NCBI GenBank assembly: GCA_964422035.1
Contig: CAYQZQ010000002.1
Span: 1,612-65,611 of the forward strand
Length of the DNA stretch: 64,000 nucleotides
Origin: an uncultured Pseudomonadales bacterium
Lineage (GTDB): Bacteria > Patescibacteriota > Microgenomatia > UBA1400 > Chazhemtobacteraceae
Direction: 5' to 3'
Both the position numbers and the translations under genes were made by a program. Below, one piece after another: positions 57,609 to 64,000 of the stretch. The stretch's first letter is position 1, and every line of letters begins with the position of its first letter. A model generated the notes under the pieces. The model did not search any database. It was given only the letters and a program-made list of their open reading frames with translations, and was not told the DNA's origin.

Positions 57609-58931
57609 TTAGAAAAGTTCGGAGGAAAGTTTTTTAAGAGTTGAGAAGTCTTGGTGGTGGAAAAGCTGTTTGTAGCCTAAAGTTTTGGCTTCTTTGAGTC
57701 TTTTGTCAAAATAGGGGACTGGTCTGATTTCTCCAAGCAAACCTAGTTCTCCGATACTAAGTGAATTTAATGGTAGGGGTTTGTCTTTGTAGCTACTTAA
57801 GATTGCTAGAGCGATAGCTAGATCAGCAGCAGGATCGGAAAGGTTAAGTCCGCCAGTGACGTTTACGAAGACATCTCTTTGTCCCAGTTTAAGATTTAGA
57901 TGTTTGGTTAGAACAGCGCAGATGAGCTGTAGTTTGGATTTTGAAATTCCTTGCCCAACACGTCGAGGGATGTTTAGTTCGGTGTAGACGGTTAGGGCTT
58001 GGATTTCGACCAGTAGGGGTCTAGTACCCTCCATGATAAGGCTTAGGGCTGATCCTGGATTCTTCTGACTAGAGTCTGAGAGGAAGGCTTGACCGGGGTT
58101 TTGTATTTCTTTTAGGCCTTTGGAGCTCATTTTAAAAAGACCGGTTTCGTCTGTTGGTCCAAAGCGGTTTTTAAGGCCTCGAAGAAGTCTTAAATCATGA
58201 TGGCGGTTGCCTTCAAGCTCTAGGACAACGTCAACCATGTGTTCTAGAAGTTTTGGTCCTGCAATGGTGCCTGATTTTGTAACATGGCCAACTAAGATAA
58301 TGGGAAGTTGGGTTGATTTGGCTAGATTGATTAGTTTTTTGGCGCTGGTGCGAATTTGGGATGGTGTGCCGGGGGATGAGGACAAGCCAGGATTGGTAAG
58401 AGATTGGATGGAATCGACGATTAAAAGATCTATATCGTGGTGATTTTTTTGAACGTGCTTGATTATGTCAGGAGTGGAGCTGGTTTCTAGTAATTTGATT
58501 GAGTCAGAGTCTGATTTAGGGGAAAGTCGTTTGATGCGTTTTGATACTTGGTAGTTATTTTCTTCAGAGCAGATATATAAAGTGCTTTCTTTAGGTGATA
58601 ACTTGATTGAGAGTTGGGATAGAAGGGTAGATTTGCCGATACCTGGTTGCCCAGCAAGAAGAATGACGGATCCGGCGGTTAAGCCACCACCTAGTACACG
58701 ATCCAGTTCTTTGATTTGGGTGGATTGCTGATCAAAGTCGCTTTTTTCTAGTGTTTGTTTGGGGGTGGTGGCTTTGGGAGCTTTAGTTGGGGAGAAGTCT
58801 TGAGGATCAGAGGTGTCTATTTGAAGAGGTCTGATGGTATTCCAGTTTTTACAGATGGGACATTGGCCTGACCACTTGGGAAATTCATTGCCGCAGTCAT
58901 CACAGATATAGATGGTATCTTTGTTGGACAT
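57609..58931 (-). CDS. radA: DNA repair protein RadA/Sms
   Basis: C..C...KWSGQCP.C zinc finger, GQPGIGKSTL, KNRFG, Lon-like C-terminal domain. Confidence 0.96.
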   Translation of the reverse strand: MSNKDTIYICDDCGNEFPKWSGQCPICKNWNTIRPLQIDTSDPQDFSPTKAPKATTPKQTLEKSDFDQQSTQIKELDRVLGGGLTAGSVILLAGQPGIGKSTLLSQLSIKLSPKESTLYICSEENNYQVSKRIKRLSPKSDSDSIKLLETSSTPDIIKHVQKNHHDIDLLIVDSIQSLTNPGLSSSPGTPSQIRTSAKKLINLAKSTQLPIILVGHVTKSGTIAGPKLLEHMVDVVLELEGNRHHDLRLLRGLKNRFGPTDETGLFKMSSKGLKEIQNPGQAFLSDSSQKNPGSALSLIMEGTRPLLVEIQALTVYTELNIPRRVGQGISKSKLQLICAVLTKHLNLKLGQRDVFVNVTGGLNLSDPAADLAIALAILSSYKDKPLPLNSLSIGELGLLGEIRPVPYFDKRLKEAKTLGYKQLFHHQDFSTLKKLSSELF

Positions 58932-58980
58932 ATTTTTAGTATACAGTGTTTATTAGTGGGGGAGAAAGGGTGTTTTAAAG

Positions 58981-58989
58981 TTATCCACA
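58981..58989 (+). promoter_or_regulatory. Consensus DnaA box
   Basis: TTATCCACA, perfect match, about 50 bp upstream of the radA start. Confidence 0.6.
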
Positions 58990-59116
58990 GGAAATATTTT
59001 TTGTGAATTTGAGTTAGAAAAGATTGGTGTAGGGGGATAACAGATACTATTGATAATTATAGGATTATGGTGAAATAAGTGAAGTTAATATTACAGGTTG
59101 ATTTTTTAGGAAAGAT

Positions 59117-59125
59117 TGCTATAAT
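59117..59125 (+). promoter_or_regulatory. Extended -10 promoter with no downstream ORF
   Basis: TG-C-TATAAT, perfect extended -10 consensus. Confidence 0.7.
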
Positions 59126-59131
59126 TTGGAT

Positions 59132-59379
59132 ACATAGGTGAAACCTTCAGAAAGCACATAAAAAAGTCAAGACAAATAGAAAAGCATCACTACCGCAGGC
59201 GATGCTCGAATAGTGATGCCTTTCTGTGATTGACTGCTCCAGGACAGGTGGCAGCAGTCTGATGAAACTGTAGCAGATGAATATTTATTTTGTCAACTTA
59301 TAGTTTCATGGCCCTGAAAGGGGTTTGGTGACTAGTTGGGCAGGCAAGTCACCAACCCGCTTTTGGGGCTTTTTTTATG
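59132..59379 (+). ncRNA. Candidate structured ncRNA with four tandem long hairpins
   Basis: Hairpins at 59178-59225, 59232-59259, 59262-59309 and 59311-59369, then a T7 tract; mostly plus-strand G-U pairs; promoter upstream; no ORF. Confidence 0.6.
59311..59376 (+). terminator. Intrinsic terminator-like hairpin ending the candidate ncRNA
   Basis: GCCCTGAAAGGGGTTTGGTGACT / AGTCACCAACCCGCTTTTGGGGC followed by TTTTTTT. Confidence 0.65.
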
Positions 59380-59399
59380 GTTTGACTTGAAATTTGAGA

Positions 59400-62123
59400 C
59401 TACTTTTTTTGTTTGGGTTGATGAAAAATGAGAAGGATAGGAAGTATAATGAGGGCAGCGAAACCAAGATATTGGATTAATTGGGGTTGATAGATGATAA
59501 GTAGATTTGATTGACCGGAGGGAAGTAGCCAGCTATTGGCCCAGTTGTTTGCTTGTTGGTGAGTAGGAAGAGGTTGGAGCATGGTTGATAGAGCGTATTG
59601 TTTCCAGACAGGAAGTAAAGTGGTTTTTGAGGGAATTAGATAGGCTTTCCAGCCCTTATCAAAGCTTTGATTTAGGGTGATTAGAGAACGGGGGTGAGGT
59701 GAGTTTGCAGAGATAGTGTAGAGGGTTGGAGAGTGTTTCTTAACGGAGGTGATGTCTGTGTATGGATAAGAAGATGGTTGAGTAGCGATGTCAAATTGAG
59801 AGGCGGGAAGAGGAGTGATCTGGATTTTTTTCCAGGAGTTTTTAGTTTCTGTTTGGCCTATGGAGTAGTTGTAGAGATGGAGGGTGTAGCCGTATTTTTC
59901 AGGTTGCATTGGGGGAAGAGTTATGGTGTCTTTGTGCCAGTCGGCTGATTTGTCCAGATATTGATATATAAGGCAGTTTTTTGATGTGTATGACTCAAGA
60001 CAGAGCGAGAAGGGAAAGCCGGAGTGATTGCGATGCTCAATATTGATTTGATAGCCGTATGAATGAGGTAGTGAGGAGAAGTTGAAGTGGTCGCAGGTGT
60101 TAGCATCGGTGGCGGTGTAAGTAACTTGATCTGAAAGGATTTGTTTATCAAAATATTGAGAGTTGAACTGATCGCAGTTTTTAGATTGGTCTTCTATGGC
60201 GGAGTTGTTGTCTTGAGGGGTTTGAGTGATGATTTGTGGAGCCGGTTGGGGTGAATCAGGTAGAAGGTTGTTGGTTGAAGACAGTTTTTGGGTGTTGATG
60301 AAGCTTTTGGGCTGGGTGGGAAGAGAAAGTGAGTAGAGGGTAAGATGATCAAAGGTTTTTTGATTGGTTACAAGTGAGCTTTGAGAAAGCAGGGACTTTA
60401 GTTGGTCAGTATAGAGGGCAGTTTGATCTTGGGAGGCGGGGATAGTAACTGAGTGATCGATTAGAAGCCAGTTAATTTGGTATTTTTCAAGTAGATGTTC
60501 TAGATAGGGGAGGTTTTGTGAATAAAGAGCAGTTCTGATTTCTTGGTAGTAGTCTTGATTGTAGGGAGACCAGACATCAAAAGCTCTGTCTAGGGTAGCT
60601 TGGGGTATGCCGTACCAGATAAAACCTGATCCTCTATACCCCCACTGGTAGAAGTGCCACCCCCAGAGGGTATGTTGAGGAAAGTTGGCTAGTCTGGTGT
60701 TGTGATCTTGATTGTCTAGGTATTCAAATAACTGAAAGTAGCTTTGGGGTATGGAGGTCTTTAAAGGAGAGTAGATTAGGTGGCCCTGAAAGGCGGGAGA
60801 AGAGAGTAATATTAAGGCTAAAGCTAGTGTGAATGAGGTAAGTAGGGGGGTTAGTTTGAAGTGAAGCATGGAGAAGAGGTCAAGTAGAAAGACGGTGGCA
60901 ACAGAGAAGAAAAGAGAGAAGCTTAGGGCAGCAGGTGTACCCCATTTGGTAAAAGGTGAGCGAAAGGCTTGATTAAGTAAGGGTAGGTGTTGTTGGAAAG
61001 ACTGATAAAGCGAGAGGAAGGGTGGGTTTAGATTGATAAGGAAAAATATGGATATAAGGGATAAAATTACAAGTGGTATAGCGGTGTAGAGTTTTTTTAT
61101 CAGAGAGTAAATTAAGCCAATAAGAGTGAGGGCAAAGATGGTGTAGCCGATGAAGTCGATAACAGGGTGGGACAGGTGTTCTATCCAAGGTTGCATAATG
61201 AGTTGAAACTTATTTTCTGAGAGATTAAGGTCGGTGTATTGAAAGTTGAAGCTTTTGAGTAGGGCCAGGTTTGAGATTTGACCAAACTCTTGATTTCGGG
61301 CAGTTATCTCTGGTGTTGAGATTTGATTTTGTAAGGCTGTGGGAAGTTGGTTGGCTGAAGAGAGAGTAAAGTGTGAGTTAGGGAGGAGCCAGTAAGCTTG
61401 AGTGATAATTATGGTTAAGGTGAGTATGAAGAGTTGTTTTAGAGTGGAAAAAGAAAGGTTGGTGACAAGATGATGGATGAGAAAAGGAATAAGAGAGATG
61501 ATAAAGACTATGAATAATGTTTGAACATAGAAAGTGGGGGTGGAGGCTATAAGTATAAGAGTTAAAAAGATAAAGGTTTTTTTAGAAGGCTGGTTAAGAT
61601 ATTTGATTGAGGAGTAAAGAAGCCAAGGAAGAAAGGCATAGAAATAGGTAAAGGTCTCAAAAGGAAGATAGAAAACTTGAACAGTGTTTAGGTTAAGCAG
61701 ATAGGCAAGGGCAGCAAAGAAAGCAGCAATTTTTTTGGCTTGAGGGTCGAGTTTGTCTAGAATGGTTTTTGAGGCAAGAAAATAAACACCTAAGGGGCCT
61801 AGGGTTAGAGTAATAAAGGTAAGTAGGTAGCGGATGAAATTAAGAGGGAAAATTAAAGATAATAGGTATGCAGTGAGGGTTCTTGTTAAATCTGCAGAGT
61901 GAGCCATGCCGGCTAGTAAGCCAAGACCTCGATATTGCTGCCAGATGGATAAGTATCGCTTGAAGTGAAGGGGGAAGTTAAATTCTGAGTGAATGTTGTC
62001 CCAGCCGGTTAGCCAAGTATTTGGTTGGTAGTTGAGAAAAGAAAGGGAAGAGGTGATGAAGATAATAGCAATTATCGGCCAGTAAGGTAAAGCTTTACTG
62101 AAGATCGATTTTAGTTGTTTCAT
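59400..62123 (-). CDS. Large multi-TM protein, GT-C-like glycosyltransferase with extracellular domain
   Basis: N-terminal TM then GWD motif, about 12 TM helices, FRSPFTKW, soluble domain, TLNQSFDKGWKA...ANNWANSW and C-terminal TM (YfhO/AftD-like architecture). Confidence 0.6.
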   Translation of the reverse strand: MKQLKSIFSKALPYWPIIAIIFITSSLSFLNYQPNTWLTGWDNIHSEFNFPLHFKRYLSIWQQYRGLGLLAGMAHSADLTRTLTAYLLSLIFPLNFIRYLLTFITLTLGPLGVYFLASKTILDKLDPQAKKIAAFFAALAYLLNLNTVQVFYLPFETFTYFYAFLPWLLYSSIKYLNQPSKKTFIFLTLILIASTPTFYVQTLFIVFIISLIPFLIHHLVTNLSFSTLKQLFILTLTIIITQAYWLLPNSHFTLSSANQLPTALQNQISTPEITARNQEFGQISNLALLKSFNFQYTDLNLSENKFQLIMQPWIEHLSHPVIDFIGYTIFALTLIGLIYSLIKKLYTAIPLVILSLISIFFLINLNPPFLSLYQSFQQHLPLLNQAFRSPFTKWGTPAALSFSLFFSVATVFLLDLFSMLHFKLTPLLTSFTLALALILLSSPAFQGHLIYSPLKTSIPQSYFQLFEYLDNQDHNTRLANFPQHTLWGWHFYQWGYRGSGFIWYGIPQATLDRAFDVWSPYNQDYYQEIRTALYSQNLPYLEHLLEKYQINWLLIDHSVTIPASQDQTALYTDQLKSLLSQSSLVTNQKTFDHLTLYSLSLPTQPKSFINTQKLSSTNNLLPDSPQPAPQIITQTPQDNNSAIEDQSKNCDQFNSQYFDKQILSDQVTYTATDANTCDHFNFSSLPHSYGYQINIEHRNHSGFPFSLCLESYTSKNCLIYQYLDKSADWHKDTITLPPMQPEKYGYTLHLYNYSIGQTETKNSWKKIQITPLPASQFDIATQPSSYPYTDITSVKKHSPTLYTISANSPHPRSLITLNQSFDKGWKAYLIPSKTTLLPVWKQYALSTMLQPLPTHQQANNWANSWLLPSGQSNLLIIYQPQLIQYLGFAALIILPILLIFHQPKQKK

Positions 62124-62133
62124 GGGGTAATCT

Positions 62134-63015
62134 TTAACTTTGTTTGGCTAGTTGAAGATTAGCTTTAAGATTGTGCAGTTTGATTTGAGGGAAGGTGAAG
62201 CCGAAGATAATAGAGTAGAGAGGATAGATTAATTTTTTAGGGAAGATCAAAATAACTATTAATATTAATTTGTTTTGTATTTTGGTTAAAAAAGTTGGCT
62301 GGTAGTTATAGTTTTTTCTAGCGTTTTGTCTGATTTTATAGGCATCGAGGTAGGTATGGAGAGGATCTTTTAAGGAAAGGCCTTGTGGATTCTGTCGGTA
62401 TTTGATTATGGTGTCTGAAAGATTGGCAGCTTTTCCGTATTGAAAAAGCTTGAAGTATAGATCCAGATCTTCGGAGGATACTTGATCGGAGTGGTACCAA
62501 GAAAATTTTTTAGGAAGTAGACTGGTATTGATCATTACAGCTGGGTGTTGAAGAGGAGAGCGAATAAAGGCTAGTTGGTAGATTTGTTGGTGGTCTGTGG
62601 GGAAGGTTTTTTTACCGATTATTTTGTCTTGGGTGTCTATGAGTTGGCACTGGCCACCCACAATGATGGTTTTGGGGTGTTTTAGAAGGTATTTAAGCTG
62701 TTTTTGGAGCCTGTCTGGGAGCATGATGTCATCTGCATCCATGCGAGCTACGTACTGGCCTTGGACGTGCTTTAAAGCTTTGTTTAAAGTGTGGGCAATA
62801 CCCTGGTTGGGAGTGTGGGAGAAGACTTTAATTTTGGAGCTTTTTTTGGCGTATGAATTGAGGATGTTTAAAGAGTGATCGGTTGAAGCATCATCGATGG
62901 CGATTAACTCCCAGTTTGAATAAGTTTGGGTTAAGACACTATCTAGAGCTTGCTTTAAATACGCAGAGGAGTTGTAGACGGGAAGGATGATGGATATTAA
63001 AGGTTGTTTGTTCAT
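62134..63015 (-). CDS. GT2 family glycosyltransferase
   Basis: SIILPVYN, IDDASTD, ARMDADD, RLQKQ, SEDLDL. Confidence 0.93.
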   Translation of the reverse strand: MNKQPLISIILPVYNSSAYLKQALDSVLTQTYSNWELIAIDDASTDHSLNILNSYAKKSSKIKVFSHTPNQGIAHTLNKALKHVQGQYVARMDADDIMLPDRLQKQLKYLLKHPKTIIVGGQCQLIDTQDKIIGKKTFPTDHQQIYQLAFIRSPLQHPAVMINTSLLPKKFSWYHSDQVSSEDLDLYFKLFQYGKAANLSDTIIKYRQNPQGLSLKDPLHTYLDAYKIRQNARKNYNYQPTFLTKIQNKLILIVILIFPKKLIYPLYSIIFGFTFPQIKLHNLKANLQLAKQS

Positions 63016-63111
63016 AAGTTTAAAGAAAAAGACACAGCTAGAATAAGGATTGAGTAATAAGAAGGGGGTGGTTCGCTCGGAACCAGAATTTGGATCTGAG
63101 CGAGGATGAGA

Positions 63112-63294
63112 CTATTTTTGAAGAACGAAGTGGATGAAGGCGCTTAGAGTCAAGCCAAAACCTGTGATTGCAACGCCTGTAAGACTGATGGTGAGAGCTA
63201 AGTTGCTACCTTCTAGGGTGGTGGGGTTTTCAAAAATAGTACCAAAGATAATGGTAAAAATGCCGATGAAGATAAGGATGCGGGCAAGCTTCAT
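63112..63294 (-). CDS. Small two-TM membrane peptide (60 aa)
   Basis: Strong SD AGGAG (63305-63301) 6 nt before ATG; two hydrophobic helices. Confidence 0.7.
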   Translation of the reverse strand: MKLARILIFIGIFTIIFGTIFENPTTLEGSNLALTISLTGVAITGFGLTLSAFIHFVLQK

Positions 63295-63370
63295 ATTAAT
63301 CTCCTATATATCTAGCTGTGTTAATGTACAAGTCCACTGTAAAGATTCAAGTTTTTGAATCCTTAGGGGT

Positions 63371-63427
63371 GGTCCGGAACACTTAGAGGTTAGCAGCAGT
63401 AGGCTGCAACGTAAGTGTTCCGGGACC
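63371..63427. repeat. Long inverted repeat / hairpin
   Basis: GGTCCGGAACACTTA (63371-63385) / TAAGTGTTCCGGGACC (63412-63427) with inner GCAGC-AGTAG-GCTGC. Confidence 0.8.
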
Positions 63428-63432
63428 GGAAA

Positions 63433-64000
63433 TTAGGGGATTGGTTTGATTTGGACACCGTCAGGTGGTTGGATGACTTTTTCAGCAAGATCAGGGCAGC
63501 CCTCTTGGGTAAAGAAGGTGCATTCACCAAGATCGTTGGTGTCAAGCCAGAGATGCATGTAAGCATGCTGGCCTTTGACTGGTGGCCATACGTAGAAGTA
63601 ATTATCCAGTTTGGCCAGATCTGTGGCGGTTAACTGATTGCTGTAAAAGATGAGATGGCGATAGCTGCTTTCAAGCTTGTTGATAGCAGGATTGCCATCA
63701 GGGATGCTCCAACAGGTACCAACCTGACCTTGGGGGAAGGTGATTTGTTCATCATCCATAAGGAAGACAAACCCTTCGTTGCCAAAGTTTGGTGGATAGC
63801 CATCCTTGTACCATTCACAAACAGCAGGACCTTTGAAAGTAAAGGGGCCGTTCCATTTTTGGGTTTGGCCATACTTGGTGTCAGCTAAGACCCAAGCGAA
63901 GCTGTTGTCGGTGACGGTAGTTGGTTCGGGGGGTGTAGAAGTAGGTGGCTGAGTGGTTGGGCACTCAACGTCAGTGGGATGGGGTTCGTCTTGACTAGCT
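63433..64000 (-). CDS. Hypothetical, probably extracellular, protein with Pro/Thr-rich linker (5' partial)
   Basis: The 63433..63759 frame stays open to the window edge: ASQDEPHPTDVECPTTQPPTSTPPEPTTVTDNSFAWVLADTKYGQ...GFVFLMDDEQ... Confidence 0.75.
   Translation of the reverse strand, partial: ASQDEPHPTDVECPTTQPPTSTPPEPTTVTDNSFAWVLADTKYGQTQKWNGPFTFKGPAVCEWYKDGYPPNFGNEGFVFLMDDEQITFPQGQVGTCWSIPDGNPAINKLESSYRHLIFYSNQLTATDLAKLDNYFYVWPPVKGQHAYMHLWLDTNDLGECTFFTQEGCPDLAEKVIQPPDGVQIKPIP

Noticed and set aside
58940-59110. Possible oriC (perfect DnaA box 58981-58989, degenerate box 59032-59040, AT-rich tract)
   Set aside because: Only one good box, no dnaA/dnaN nearby, and the G/T skew does not switch across the region.
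59178-59369. CRISPR or other repeat-spacer array
   Set aside because: The hairpin stems differ in sequence, there are no direct repeats at regular spacing, and no cas genes in the window.
63334-63427. Integron attC site
   Set aside because: I could not place RYYYAAC/GTTRRRY core sites at the hairpin ends, and the recombinase in the window lacks an evident IntI-specific insertion.
765-63888. Many short antisense or alternate-frame ORFs in the ORF track (e.g. 32742..33302, 52163..52711, 38970..39419, 63630..63872)
   Set aside because: They lie inside well-supported genes, show no motifs, and are expected shadows of the skewed codon usage.
1-64000. Alternative genetic code 25 (TGA=Gly) as in Gracilibacteria/Absconditabacteria
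   Set aside because: TGA terminates complete conserved genes (sufS, nrdR, nrdJ, tyrS) at their expected C-termini.

Overview
Gene-dense bacterial chromosomal segment (genetic code 11) whose gene content and style point to a reduced-genome Patescibacteria/CPR organism, probably Microgenomates (inference from the VirD4-like ATPase, DUF5667/DUF5654-type proteins, ATP-dependent ligase, tandem class A PBPs and extreme strand skew). It carries a Suf Fe-S cluster with ferredoxin and reductase, non-oxidative pentose phosphate genes, nrdR-nrdJ-btuR with tandem NrdR boxes, three tRNAs (Ile-UAU, an atypical initiator-like CAU tRNA, Met-CAU), DNA repair genes, a CsoR-family repressor with a palindromic operator ahead of trxA-trxB, three aminoacyl-tRNA synthetases, a 7TM / ATP-grasp-protease / RimK peptide-ligase module, and glycosylation genes. 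The strongest unexplained signals are: (1) a ~250-nt four-hairpin candidate ncRNA with its own promoter and terminator at 59.1-59.4 kb; (2) a 60-aa membrane peptide gene at 63.1-63.3 kb whose 3' flank can pair with its own Shine-Dalgarno, within a hairpin-rich region; (3) pervasive leaderless promoter-to-start-codon architecture alongside a non-canonical initiator-like tRNA. All product calls come from motif recognition by eye; no database search or folding program was run.
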